From assembly GCA_030704615.1 (NCBI GenBank), contig CM060731.1:46872001-46936000 (forward strand): a DNA stretch of 64,000 bases. Reading direction: 5' to 3'. Below, piece by piece: positions 38,147 to 52,239 of this stretch (position 1 is the first letter of the stretch; every line of letters begins with the position of its first letter). This DNA comes from Takakia lepidozioides (Eukaryota > Plantae > Bryophyta). The translations under genes and the position numbers were made by a program. Under the pieces are notes generated by a model. That model saw only the letters and a list, made by a program, of their open reading frames with translations. It ran no database searches and had not been told where the DNA came from.

Positions 38147-38552
38147 ATGGACTCAAGTGTTGCTCACAAGGAAGCGTTTGCTGTTGCATTGAACAAGGCT
38201 TTGGAGGTGGCTGCATCTTGGGAGGTTCGCAAGGAGCCTCACAAGAGGTCCTTGCTTCTCGAAGAGTTGCTTCGTGAAGAGGATGAAGAGACGTTAGAAG
38301 GAAGAGCTTATGTACGCTTTTGGTTACAAGGGGCATGTGGGGGTGCTTGAACACCACCTCATGCTCCCGCAACCCCCGACGAGGGCTTTGCAAAAAAAAC
38401 AAATGCTGGGGAATACTGTAGTGCTTGTTGATAAATGGAAGCCCTCTCCATTTCTGCAGCAAGGAGTGGCCAGATTTGACCGCCTCCTCTCAAAATACCG
38501 ACAGGGCATTGAGGAGCTGGAGCGCCTGCTTCTTTTGACCACAGGGAAGTAG
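38147..38552 (+). pseudogene. Small protein-like ORF of unknown family split by a 1-nt frameshift
   Basis: MDSSVAHKEAF..RFWLQGAC joins GVLEHHL..LLLTTGK* if one G is removed from the G5 run at 38339-38343; TATAAA at ~38091. Confidence 0.4.
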
Positions 38553-40939
38553 AGTAGCTATGGCTCTCAGCTGTCCCTGTGAACCAGCTTCAAACTTTTG
38601 TCTGTTCCACCCAGCTACTCCAGTTGAGTAGTCATGACAGATGGTAGCTCTACCCTCCCTGTCTTCATAGTGCAAGCTTGCAAGATAAGTCTGGAGTCAC
38701 AGTCTGGCGGGTGACACTAAGTAACCGATTGATGGATTGAAAGCCTGTGTCATTTCACTGTGTGATCGATTTTGTTATAAGTATGGTGGTTCATTTTTCT
38801 GAGGGGTGCTCTGTCAGAAACGACTCCACTTTGCAACCTAAAATTGATCAGCCTCTTGAATACCCTTTGTTTCTCTGCACCCACTTCTATCTCTCATCTA
38901 GTTGGACACTAAGATTATTTATTGCAAAGGAGATGGTTCGTCAGTGACGCCCACAGTGTGCTCGTCGTGCAGCTGTACATAATGGTCCATATCGAACGCA
39001 TCTCCGGGACTTTGCAACTTTAACTTTTACATGAATTTGGTGTCCCTGCACTGATCAGGATAAGAGAAATAAAAACCACTTGGTACTTGCACGTCGTAGC
39101 TCAGGCTGCATCAGGGAAGGAGCCGATTGACCCCACCAAGCTTGCAGGTGAACATGGACCTCAAAAGGAATGTACATTCAAAATTAGCTAGCATGAAATC
39201 TTTACTCGATGCACATGTTATTGTCGAGTGTTATCAAATGCCGCAAACCTCAGATCTATATAGCCCAACTTTGGAAACTGAGTTGGAAACCGTACGTGCA
39301 GACCTTGCTCAGGACGAATGTTCGAGAAATCAGGTATATCGAGCTGAACATGATGATACTTCTGAGGATTACAATAGGTCAGAAAGCCGAAGAATGGTGG
39401 TATGAGGCCGGGCGGAGCCCTTCTAGAAGCCTATAGGCATCTGAAGTCGAGGAAGAAAATTCTACAGTACTTGGAAATTTTTTTTCCAACAAGTTGCATA
39501 TGTTTTTAAAGGCGCGGCAGAGAATTTGCTCGGGGTGTATCTTCTACCGAACTCCTGAGAAGACCCAATACGGTGACTATGTCCACAAAGCAGAAGGGCT
39601 ACTAAAGCAAGCCCACTGGGGTCCTGCTGGACTCTCCAAATGAAATAGTTGCATTAATGGTTTGTTTGAAAGTTGGGGGAGCTCTGTGTCGATCCTCGAT
39701 CTGCCAGAATTACGGGCTGGATTCCCGCAACACGAAGATGAACGCCATGATCCGGTAACAGTGTAGGCTTTGACCCTGGATTTGTGATGATGTTCGGATC
39801 CTGTTTACGTAACTGTTAACTAAATACGTTTTCCTATCACGATCTCCTCGTTTGCACTGATTCCTACTGTCACTCCTCACTCTGAACGCCGCTTGTATCA
39901 CTTGCTAAAGTTCTTCAGATAGTTGGGAACAGATAGATCTGCTAATTTGCATGAAACTGACTTATAACAGATTGGCCTTGAAGTTTATTTGAGTACAGTT
40001 GGTGTTGGTTCACCGCTCGTGAACTCCTTGCTTTCGTTTACACTCTTAATAGACAGAGAAAGACCACATGTACAGACATCTGAAAGGATCCCTTTCCTGG
40101 CAACTTCAAGTCTAATAAGCCAGTCTGCAACTCTGGTACTTGGGCTTTGCGAGTGTCTGGTTAGTTTATAGTGGGCATTGGAAACATAACTGTGACTGTC
40201 AACCCCAGACGGGGACCACCGATGCCCTAACTTTCCAACAGGCTTCCTATCTGTTGGAACCAAAGATCACTTGAAGAGGTTGAAGAGGCTTTTGAACCTC
40301 GAAGAGGTATAAGGAAGAGGAAGAGGTAGATGAAGATGAATCGAGTAGCATCGTTCAACAGTACCTAGGGAAATCTTATCCATTCATCTGCACCAAATGG
40401 AGGAACCACAGACTGTACTCAACTTCTTGCATCCGAAGGTGTCAAAGGAGCATCCATACATTGGACGCGAAATGACACCCTTTGCTCTTTCGTGGGTGCC
40501 TCTTCATCTAAAAGGCACTCGCCATTTGGCCTTGGGGAGCTCCCCTGGGATGGGGGAACAGATAAGTGTTAAGAGACGCTATGCGTGGTTGGCGTCCTGT
40601 CTTTCTAGCTGTGGCTTGACACTCAATTGCTTTTGCAGAGCACGCCTCACCTGATGTGGTGATACAGTGCCCATTTCTGCATAAGTGTCAACTGGTAGGG
40701 TTCATGAGGATGTCTATCAAGTTCAATCTCCATTCTCGTCAGCCTCTTTTTCCTCCCATGCGTTTTCCCGTCTTAATCGTTGATACTTATTACTGTGGCT
40801 CGTGAGGTGTCCTGATTGTTTCTAAGTACTAAAGGCGATTCATTTGCTAAGTTCAAACTTGTATCCTCTTACTTTCTGACCTTCTCTGAGATAGGTAGTG
40901 GTTCTCTCTGTCCATAAATACACTTTCTCAGTCTCCATT

Positions 40940-43900
40940 ATGGACAAGAATTTCGAGGTTCAAGGACAAAAAGTTAACTTCGAAAGAGCTCATCGATGGA
41001 AACTTCGACCGCATCCAGACATCAGAAAGGGAAAAAAGATTATGGTCATTATTCTGGACGGGTGGGGCGAGCAGATTGCCGACGAGTACAATGCCATTCA
41101 TGTCGCAAAAACTCCTACGATGGATGAGTTGAAAAAGGTTGTGGTTCTCTCTCACGCGTTTTTTTGTGGTCAGATCCTTTGCCTTTCCACGTTTGGCAAA
41201 TAGCCCCAAAGCATTTTTCGCATGAAAATTTCGAACGCTGACCTTTCAGAGAATGGAGCTCGCGGAAACGTGAGGCCTCTTTATCTGATACTTGGTATAC
41301 GTTAGGTGAAAGGAACTGCATGTACAGAGGACCACCCTTGAGCAAGGAAAATTTAGACCCTTTGAGCATCAGCAACTTTCCCATGTGAATTCTAACTCGG
41401 AAAATTCATTTGTGATTTGCTAGCCATGGACTTAGATGTTTATATACATCAATCGTCTCCTAATGCGGTACTTTAGATCACTACATTGATCAGCTTTTAG
41501 CACGTGTGAAACATATCCTTCTTTCCCTGTTCCCCAAATTTCTCTCCGCACCCTCCTCTGCTTTGTTGCCCCAGGAAGAATCACTTTGCAAATCATGGTT
41601 TCATCATGTCTTTTGACAGGATCGCAAATGAGTAATTCTAGGAGAGGGAATTCAGAATGTCATTAGGGTTGTGGGAGAAAGTTTGGGAACTCCTGCATGG
41701 CAGCATCTAAGGTAGTTCATCTCTTCCTTGTGTTGGGAAAGAAAAAAATGTGGTCATCTACCTACTTGCTCTCACTGTGAAATTGCTACCTCAAAGAATT
41801 TTTACCTACTAAACCTTTTCTTGCTGGTGGATTGCACCTCGAGGTCATAATCCTAAAAGTGATTAATATGTGCAGACTGCTCCTGACAGGTGGCGGCTGC
41901 TCAGGGCACATGGGCTCTCTGTGGGCCTTCCCAGTGATGAGGATATGGGAAACAGCGAGGTTGGCCACAATGCTCTCGGTGCTGGCAGGATCTTTGAGCA
42001 AGGGTGCGTAATATTTGTCAGAATGATGGTCTGCTAAACTTAGGTTTACCAATTTTCAGCATACCAATACTGAAGTATACTACAACAATCAATGTATGTG
42101 TCAATGTTTAACTTCAGATGGCCGTCAAACTTGTGTACTTCATCATTGCAGCACTATGAATATCCAAATACTGAACTGGAAAGCTGTGAACGGAATAACG
42201 AATCACACACTATAGTCTTCCTTTGTGATCACATAGCTTTTCAAGAATTTACCAGTAAATCTTCAGGATAAGCAAAAACAAATTTTGCACAGGCGATACT
42301 GTGGTCAATCCTTCAAGGGTATTAGGAACAAACTGTGGTATCCTTAGTGAGTTTGTAAGCTCGTTAGAGTAGCATCATGGTTGATAGCTTGATCAAACAC
42401 TTCAGGTAGTTGGTTGGATTTGTGTTGCATGGTGTTGTGAGGGTCTTCAGATAACATCAAAGGCAAGAAGATTTGTTGTATTTTAAAACATCCGTTATGA
42501 AGGGCCCAGGTATCATACTAGACTAGAATTGTGTATTCCCAAGTCCTGCAAGCATTCCTACTTCGTCAACTGAATGAAGTCCTTGCATGGAATTAGGTTA
42601 GTATTCGTGATCAGTCCTTGCTTCTGCTGGTGCTGGATAAGGAAAGATGCTGATGCATGGATGGATGATTGTTGGAGCAGGGCAGGTCTTGTTGACTCAG
42701 CTCTGAAAACAGGGAAACTCTATGATGGTGAGGGCTTTAAGTACATCAAGGAAGCATTTGCCAAAAACACTGTGCACTTTGTAGGTCTGTTGAGTAATGG
42801 TGGTGTGCATTCCCGGTGCGACCAGCTCCAGGTTGGTTCCAATTCAATTTCATGTTTCTGTAAAATAAATCCATTGAGACCAAAGACAAACAAGATCACG
42901 AATGATGGAGCTCATAATGGTCACGAAATATTTGTAGTGTGGCGTGGTGTTTGATCATGACTTTATCAAATGAACAGTGAGAATGTGCAAGATGTGGATC
43001 AAATCCACTCAAAACCATGAGAACTGTTACTCTTCATGACCATAAGGTGTGTTATAGCAAGGGCTGAAGTTAGGGCACAGATAATCCAGGTTATTCCATT
43101 GCATGTAAAATTGCAGCACAAGCGTCCTTGAAGTTTATTCACTCATGTGTTGAGGACTAATTGCAGTTGCAACTTAGAGAGCTAGTGACTGAGGGCCCTC
43201 CAGGCATCCCGCTACTTGCTGGGCCCTATGGTTCAGAAGGCCAGACCTCAGGCTGGTGTAAGCCTGTAACAGTCTGGAGCTTGTTGTTTGAAGGTACCCA
43301 TAGGTGCTCATCATAGTTGATAAATATCTTGTGCAGGCTCTTTTGAAAGGGTGTGTGGCCCATGGAGCAAAGAGATTGCGTGTGCATATTCTCACAGATG
43401 GCCGAGATGTAGCGCCAGGCTCTGCTCCTATGTTCGTGGAGGAGCTGGAGAAGGATTTGGCAGAGTTGCGTAAGGGAGGGGTGGATGCGTTGATTGCCTC
43501 GGGGGGTGGTCGCATGGCTGTCACCATGGATCGCTATGAGGTGGTTGCATCCTCTTTGACTGGCCCACTAAAATCCTGACTGCACATGCTTGTTAGAGAA
43601 TTCTGACTTCCCTTTTCGCTTAGAGGACAACTGGAAAGCCTGAACAAATTGTTGTATCAAGGTAAGCCCACAACTGGAGCAAGCCCCTCACAAAGGTAGT
43701 GTCTGTTTCCTCTTGTTCCATGCAGGGTCGATGGCCACAAGGCTATGGCAAACAACTGCTTACGAGTACATTCTGACTTCTTGTCTAGTAGGGCACGCTA
43801 GGGAAATTGGGATGACTCTGGTTGGAAGGAAGAATGCTGTCAGTTAAGCTTGACTTGCCAGCATCTTCTGTGTTTCTCTTGTTCACGACTCTAGTAGGAA

Positions 43901-46900
43901 AATATAGGCTGTAGTTCTGGATGCATGCAAATGAGACATATATCATTTCACCATCTTCTCTGAGCACAAGCACCAAGATAGTCCATGAGCCTTTCAAATC
44001 CCCCAAAGTGAGATATATAATTGCCAAACCCTCAAACTATCATTGATTCTCTCAGCTGCAGATCCATCCCAGGACCATGTTCTCCTAATAATGCCCAGAG
44101 GCACCTGTTCTCTCTACCTCTGTTGTGCTACTATGGCCATGGGCCCCCTGACCTCCCGCGGATGTAATATATTCAGAACTTCGTGTCTCTGACACTATAC
44201 AGGCCTTTTTCATCGTTTCTGTCTGTAGAAGATATATACATTTTTTTCTCTCTTCCCACACTGAAACCCTTGCATTTACTCAATCTTTCTATCTTTCAAT
44301 GATTCCTCTTACACTAGATGATGTGACTGTATGTCTAAACTATTTCATTTTACTCCCTGAACCTAAGTTTTATTTCCTTCCCATATGCAGAATGACTGGG
44401 GCGTGGTGAAGAGAGGCTGGGATGCCCAAGTGCGGGGAGAAGCCCCACACAAATTCACGAGTTGCCTTGAAGCTCTCAAAAAACTGAAGGAAATGGACCC
44501 CAAACTGAATGATCAATACTATCCACCTTTTGTTATTGTCGATGCTGCCGGCAAGGCAGTTGGGCCTGTTCTAGATGGAGATGCCTTGGTTACCTTCAAT
44601 TACCGAGCAGACCGAATGGTTATGGCTGCCAAGGCCTTTGATTTTGAAAAATTTGACAAGTTTGACCGTGTTCGTGTCCCAAAGATGTTATATGCTGGTA
44701 TGCTACTGTATGATGCAGATCTCCAGCTTCCTAAGAAGTATCTGGTGTCTCCACCTCAAATTGACAAAACTTCCGGCGAGTATCTGGTGCATAATAACAT
44801 CAGGACATATGCATGCAGGTGAGAGAGTCCAGGTACTGATTTTTAAAAACAATCGTGTTTGTGAAGGTGAGGGTTTAAATCACAAGGCTACCATAAGCAT
44901 AAAGTTCGTCTTGAAGGAACACTTTCTAGAACTCTGCCCTATTTGTTTTGTGAAAGCAACAAGTTAAGATGCATTGGCCAGGACATGGATATTTTGAGCT
45001 TTGTACCAGTGTAATAGCCTGGAAACAAACCCCAAAGTTACTGGATATTCCGAGTTAATCGATGTCATCAGTGGAGTAGATTACAGTAGGCATAACACGT
45101 ACTTGTGGATGTCATGTAGCCATACCAAAGTACAAACAAGCACTAAACAATGATGAATGGTTGGTTGTGGGCCAGTGAGACTGTGAAATTTGGGCATGTT
45201 ACTTTTGTCTGGAATGGTAATCGTTCCGGCCAATTCAGTAGTAACCTGGAAAAATATGTTGAGATTCCTAGTGATGCTGGTATTCCCTTCAACCAGAAAC
45301 CTGAAATGAAGGCTATTGCCATAGCTGAGAAGGCCCGTGATGCCCTTGTCAGTGGCAAATGGGACCAGGTGATTTGTCTCTCTCCAACCTTTCTGCGCAG
45401 TCCAGAGTGAGTGCAAAACTGGTGGTAACAATGCCACAACAAGAACAGTTTAATAAATATATCTCCCCTTCATTTCTTCAGTAAGGAAACAGGAAAAGTC
45501 CCATATCAATTTATTTCATGAAACCTTGGATGTGAATAAGGGAAATCATTAAGGAATGAAGTAGGCAATGCACTTCAATTGTGTGACAATGGTGCTTCAC
45601 AGTGGTGGTAATGAAGATGGCATTATTGTCTGTCACCTCAGTAGTTTGATTTGCTCTGCAGAGTGTGTTGGATTGTATTACAGGTGCGCGTGAATCTGGC
45701 AAATGGCGATATGGTGGGTCACACAGGTGATCTCAAAGCCACTGTCATCGGCTGTGAGGCTGTTGACCAAGCTGTCAAGGTCTCTCTCTCTCTCTCTCTC
45801 TCTCCTCCCTTGGATCCGCAAGTCTTGACCCTGCTGGATAAATCTGACTTAGAGGCTGTAGTGTCCTCAGCCATGTCTGTTGCCATGAGATTGTCTGATG
45901 AAAATGAAGTATTCATTTTCTGATACACTGTCCGGGGTTCTCTCACCAAAGAGACGCTCTCTTCAAATCTATCAAGGGAATTGTGCCTGTACCTCTGTTT
46001 ACCAACTTTGAAAGTCTCGAGGCTGAGCCAAAAGCCCAGGCCCTCCTGAGGCCTAGTTTTTGGGCAAATCACACACAGCAGATTGATGCTTGTGTGAAGG
46101 GATTTCTAGAGGATATCTGGAAAACCCGGATTAATTCTTTATATGGAGGTAAGTCTTACTACCAACGTCAGCCCCTTACAGAGGTAGGTTCTGTCCCTTT
46201 TGTTCCCGCTCAAACTGGGCGCGGGGTCAATGGCCACAAGGCTACGGCAAACAACGTCTTATGAGTACAATCTCTCCTCCCAGCCATTCTTAGTTGTAGT
46301 GGTGCGATTGTGAAAGTTTTATACATTTGTTTCTTTCCTGGTCCCATAAGCTCTCTCAGCTTCTTGTGGATGTTATAACGTTGTTTTTCCGTTATTTCTT
46401 TCTCTTTCTTTTTTTGGTTTCCCATAACCACATTTTGGACTTAGATCCAATCCAAGTGATGCTCTTCTTGAGTTCAGAGGATTGAAGATTGAAGTTTGCA
46501 TATTTGATCAGACATCAGCATAGTAGTCATTTTTCTCAAGGGAGTCTAACTCAAATGCTGTTTTTCAAATGATGCAGATTATGTTGGATGCGGTAGAGAA
46601 AGTTGGAGGCATCTTCTTGATAACTGCTGATCATGGAAATGGGGAGGATATGGTGAAAAGAAATCTGAAGACTGGTGCACCTGTCTTAGACAAGGAAGGC
46701 AAAGTTCAGATTCTCACATCCCACACATGCAACCCAGTAAGTGTGGCTCCCTTGAGTTGGTTCTTGAGCACCGTCCCTCAGAGTTGGTTCTCAGAGTCTG
46801 CAGATCAACATAGGCAGATGGGGCAACAGCCTTGTGAGGATATTTTTCCGCATCTTACATGAGGTGGAGACTAACAATAGTTGTGTCAAGAGTATGGTTG

Positions 46901-47968
46901 TGTCTGTGAACACTCACACCAAACTAGATTGTTAATTCAACATCATCCCACCCTAAGCCCTCCTACGCAAAGGACTGCAGAGGGCTGAAACATGCTATGA
47001 TTTCTTTCTCTCCTGCCCAGTCTCCAATAAAGAAAAGAAAAAAGAAATATTGGATGGGGTTGGGGGCGGGGTGATGTACGGCAACTGGAAAAGCACCTAG
47101 CAGCTTACCTGCGTGAGCACTGGAGCCTTGGCCGGAACATACCAAGTTCACCAGGGTTTTAAGTCTTAGTTTAGTCTGCTTTGAAGTTTCTTCTGTGACT
47201 GCCTCTGCAGCCACACAATTTGTGTCTGAAACAGTTGCGGTGCTAGAATCATTATAGGATAATATGTATATCAATGCACCGCCTGCTGTGGGTGAATGTT
47301 AGGGCTATTTCAGACTCATTTTGGGACCATAGTGGGTAACACCCCAACGATTGGCTCTGGGACAATTATTTGCCAAGTATGCCGTCAAGCTAGTCTCAGC
47401 CAAGATTGACACGCGATTGAGGACATCTTTCCTTGTTCCCTGCAGAAAAATCTCTGCATTGAGCATGTTCAGGTCACTTACTAGACTCCCATTTTCAGGA
47501 TGTTCAGGATTGTACCTACATCAACTGGAATGACTGACGATAATGACGAGGTCGAATGGCAAAAGGAAGTCCTTAGGGGTCATGTTGACAGTAAGGGTAA
47601 GCTTTTCGAGCTGAGTCACCAGTATATCACATTTCAGGATAGCATGTAAACCGGGTCACTGGAGGTTTCAAGTCCCACTTGTCCTGAACCATGTGACGAA
47701 CAACCATTTCCACAAGGACATCAGTCAACTTCATCAAAATTATCTGCAGAGTGGTCATACAAATGGACCTGATGTAACTCTTGTGACCACGTGGCACTTG
47801 CAGGTACCTGTCATCATAGGAGGCCCAGGTTTGCCAAAAGGAGTAAGGTTCCGGTCTGATTTACCCCAAGCTGGGCTGGCAAATGTTGCATCTACATTCA
47901 TCAATCTTCATGGATTTGAGACACCACATGACTACGAACCATCGCTGATCGAAGTAGTCCCAAGTTGA
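40940..47968 (+). CDS. iPGAM: 2,3-bisphosphoglycerate-independent phosphoglycerate mutase
   Basis: 9 in-frame GT-AG exons: 40940-41137, 41876-42003, 42681-42831, 43337-43540, 44391-44818, 45176-45368, 45684-45779, 46578-46736, 47804-47968. Motifs [51 protein letters not shown]. Confidence 0.97.
43611..43769 (+). mobile_element. Intronic LINE 3'-end family, copy C, with 11-bp TSD
   Basis: Flanked by ATTCTGACTTC at 43600-43610 and 43770-43780; ends ..GGCCACAAGGCTATGGCAAACAACTGCTTACGAGTAC. Confidence 0.85.
45810..46270 (+). mobile_element. Intronic LINE 3'-end family, copy D, with 11-bp TSD at a (CT)n tract
   Basis: Flanked by TCTCTCCTCCC at 45799-45809 and 46271-46281; encodes [34 protein letters not shown]. 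Confidence 0.88.
46330..46385 (+). repeat. Dispersed repeat family 2 (CCCATAAGCTCTYTSAGCTT core)
   Basis: Core shared with ~61057, ~61416 and, inverted, ~63980-64000. Confidence 0.65.
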
Positions 47969-49070
47969 ACAAGAATGTGGGGTTCTCTACAGGTCACGGA
48001 TAGAAGCTTTGATGACTATGAGAGGGTCTTACTTTTGCCAAACCCAAAGGATATGTGAAATTTTGGTTCTAATTATTACTGGGCAACATCATTGTTTTGT
48101 GTAGATTTGTCAATCTTCAGTTGAAGCTGGCCCCGGGCCCATCGTGGCCTTATAGTGGGCAAGCATGAGTAGGTGATCTCCTACTCTCAAAATTCTGTGA
48201 GTAGTTGATGTTGTTGTCGCTCAAACAAACAAATATATCCAACTGGAAGTTTATTCTGTATGCCTCTGCCAATCATGCAAGAGGTAGTGTTGTCTATCTC
48301 TGTCTCTTGGCCGATGTCTGTCTGTAGGTTGGTTTGACATACCCACAAGCTATAGTGGGTATCAATCATGCTGACCTTAAAAATTCGCGGGCCTTAGGAT
48401 CCACTTTATCATGCTTGAGTGTTATGTTCTACACTCCAAGACCTGAAAGAAATGCCTTCGTGAATTCTTTCACTGTCCATGCCCAATGACATAGGAGTCA
48501 TACATAGGGGAAACCCCTGCAAGCCTTCCAGAAACCTCCCTCCCCTTCCTCCTGAGCTACACAACTATCCTTCTAGATTAGTCATTCACATAAATGATGT
48601 TCATCTACATGCATCTGAATTTAGTTTCTTGAATGTTAATGAAAAATAATGTCTTTTAATTCTAGAGCAGTTCTAATATTAGTTTTGTAGTTGGTCGGCG
48701 AATTACTAAATAGATGTGTTAGATTTTTTATTTTATTTTTTGAATGAAAGGGTAGAGCCATTTTTTTTTTCCTGGGTAAAGGCCCGAGATAATCTAAAAA
48801 TACACTAAAATTAGGAAAAAATAACCTCACATGACATGCCATGGAGGTAGAGCCCCATAACCGAAAAAATCATGAAGAAGAGCCTAACAGAAGTCTATGA
48901 GGGAGGAGAACGTCGGAAGACCTATAATTAGAAGCTACCTCTCTCACTCTTGGAGGGCTCAATAGATAACTGAGCTTTACATTTTCCTTTCCTACAGCTA
49001 CGTCGATGCCTCCTATTGACATCTGACTCATCACCATCAGCAAGAGAGCGAGGACTAATAGAGCTCCCAG

Positions 49071-51696
49071 CGGGGGTTGGTAGAACGAGCGCACAAACGG
49101 CGTGAGCACAAACCCACGGTCAAGGGGGTTTTATGTTTTTCAACCGCGGTCTAAGGAGTTATATGTTTTCAAAATGGAATAAACCCCAAAACCCTAATGC
49201 GAAATAGGCCCCCATAATGTATATCTACAAGCTCCAAGTTCCACATATCTACTGCTTTGGTATCCTACAAAAGAATAACACATTAGGGAAAAACAAAATC
49301 ACAACAACCAACACCATTCAAACACGCAAATACCAAACAATAGTTGAACAATTTAATATAATGAAGCAAACCACGAGTTTTGTTAACGAAATAAATCAAG
49401 GTATCGGGTTTCGCCAGCAAAATAGTGGATTTCACCAATGAATATTGGATTTCGTTGGCGAAATTTCCAAGTATCGTTGGGCATGTCATTTTCGACCTAA
49501 GGTTTCGAAGGCGAAACAAAATGGATTGTGTTTGGTTTTGCATATAAGAGACGACGTGAGATTATTTTAATCCGCTAACGAATTAGGGTGATAGGGTGAC
49601 TAATCCATCTTCGTGTGGCTTGTGCTCACTTGAGCACAAATTTCACATTTTAGTTTCGCCATCGCATCTTTTTGGGAATATTCTTGGAATTTCCGGTATT
49701 TTCTCTTCTACTTATGTGAGCAGGCGCACGGAGGCGTGAGCCTGCTCACGCGCTACCCAACCTCACTCCCAACACGTTGAGAGGTTCTGGAACAGTTGAT
49801 AATTCGAACGTTCTGCTACACAGTCGATCTCCCCTAGTCAAGTGTTGATAAAGCAAAGCAAGAAGCTACATTCTCCTCTTTTCTACATATCTGGGAAAAG
49901 TTGCACAACGAACTCGCCAAGCTTTTTTGGCTTCAGACATTAAGTTTGAGTGAACCCTATAAAAGATTATTCTTAACAGGGTATCTGATATTCAAAACAA
50001 AAAAAATCTAGACTTCCATATATTCCACAAGGTGTGAGCGCACAAGGATGCCCACACAGGACGGGAACTCTAGATCACTTGCGAATGGTAGTTCAACAGA
50101 AGGACAGATGGGTGAAACGAGAAATCCGGTCGCCACAGAGCATAAAGAGAGCACAAGTTGTCATACAGAATAAAGAATTTGACAATGCAACAAACAATGT
50201 TTGATTGTTTCAGTGCCAATATCCATTTGACAGCACGAGCATGAACTAAGATCATCATAGATGTAATTCAAAACTGGAAGAATTCGATTTATGATTTTCT
50301 AGAGGAAACTGGAATTTTTTGCTGCTTTGTCTTTTCTCCACACGTTAGCCCAGATTTAAACCTTCCAATTAGGTGGTGATGTAAGAATGTGCTACATTTT
50401 CGGTCTAGCGACATGGGCATGTCAAGCAGGGAATAACCCAGCTTGACTGTGTAAGCGAAGAAAGGGTCATGTTTTTTTAGACATCCATTGCCATTCGGCC
50501 GGATGAAATTGTAAAAGTCTTACAGGGGCAATAAAGAACCATCAGAAATTGTTAGAATAGATTTCTACATAGGGAACTGGGTTAATTGTTCCTAAATCCA
50601 GACGAAAAACTCTTATGACATATAGAGAATTTTTTGCTACGGAGTCCAAAACAGGAGAGGAGAGGTTTCCAAGTGGATCAAACTTGAAGTGCCAACCCTG
50701 TGCTGGACACAACAAAAAGAGTGGTGTGTGTGAGGAACCATGAGATTTCCATAACCAAACAGGAAGGTGCAAACGATTAGTAGAGAAGGAAAATAGGGAA
50801 ATCCAGGTGGGGGGATTTCTTGAATTATCCAGTTCCAGGCTTCAGCTTTATGGAGGTTGGGTAGCATATACATAGGCTCACGCCTAAGTGCGCCTGCTCA
50901 CGTGAAGAGGATATGTCGTACATTCCAAGAATGTTCTTGAAAATACTGTAGCGAAACTAAAACATGCTCATGTCAAACGAAATGCGAAACATTTGGAAAT
51001 TTATGCTCACATGAGCACAAGCCACACGAAGTTGGGGCAAAGGGAATTTTCTGTCAATGCCATCTCCATCAACAATTTTCGTTGATTAATAATTGCATAT
51101 TTAATCATGTGAAGTTGACGCTCGTAGCAATCACTAATATGCGAAACTAGATATAATTCATTTTGTTTCACCCACGAAAGCATGGATAATAACCTACCGC
51201 AATAAACACATAATAATTCGTTAGCGAAATAAAACAACCCCACGTCGTCCCTTACATGCAAAACCAAACACAACTCATTTTGTTTCGACCACGAAACCAT
51301 TGGATAATGACCTACGCAACGTTAACTTGAAACTTTGCCGGTGAAACTTGATTATTTCGTTGGCGAAATCCGTTGTTTGCCTCATTATATTAAATTGTTC
51401 TATTATCATTTGGTATTTATGTGTTTTGGATGGTGTTGGTTATTGTGACTTTGTTTTCCCCTAACGTATTGTTATTTTGTAGGATACCAAAGCTGTAAAT
51501 ATTTGGAAGTTGGAGCTCGTAGATGTACATTAGGGATGCCTATTTGCGTGTAGGATAGGAACCCTATATTTGTCCTTCGTATTCTATTTTCGTAGAAACA
51601 TGGATACCCTATTGCCATATTTTGTGCTCACGACTCCGTTTTCCTATGTTCACGTGAGCTGCGTGCATAGGTGTGCTCACGTTCTACCAACCCCTA
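49071..51696. mobile_element. Non-autonomous long-TIR (foldback-type, hAT-like termini) DNA transposon
   Basis: Ends CGGGGGTTGGTAGAACG and CGTTCTACCAACCCCTA; diverged inverted arms ~49071-49760 and ~50870-51696 with repeated GTGAGCAC/GTGCTCAC and TTCGTTGGCGAAAT motifs; only a degenerate 8-bp TSD candidate (GCTCCCAG vs GCTTTACG). Confidence 0.85.
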
Positions 51697-52239
51697 GCTT
51701 TACGGAAAGATAGCACATCAGTAGCCATAGTGGCAGGCAAGAAATGTCCGAGTCCTAGAGGTGAGAGAAGTGTGAGATTCCTACAGCTTCCCAATCAGCC
51801 CATTTGGCAGAGCACTTGAGCAGTATTTTAGAATCCGCATTGTAGTTTGCAAATAAAGGTTGCCCTAATGTCTCCTCCAAGAGAGCGTTGAGAAAGGAGA
51901 GGTCAAATTCTTAGTAATGCATCCCAAATGGATTGCCATGCCTTGGACCCAAGTGGGCGAGCTGGGATTGAACGATTACCTTGAACCAACCAACGTAGGG
52001 AGGGAGGCCATGGACCAAATGTGTTGTCTCACCAAGATAGATGAATGAGCATACGAGGCACTTACTTTGCTAGAAGGGCCACAATTTGCGACAATAGGTA
52101 AATGATACCAAGCCCACCATTTTTTTTATGGGTTATCTGAGCCCAACTGACCAAAGCTCGCCGCTTGGACGAAGCTGGGGTTGCACCCCACAAGAAGTTA
52201 CGCACCAAGGCTTACCTGCTTAACAAGCCTCACATTGCA

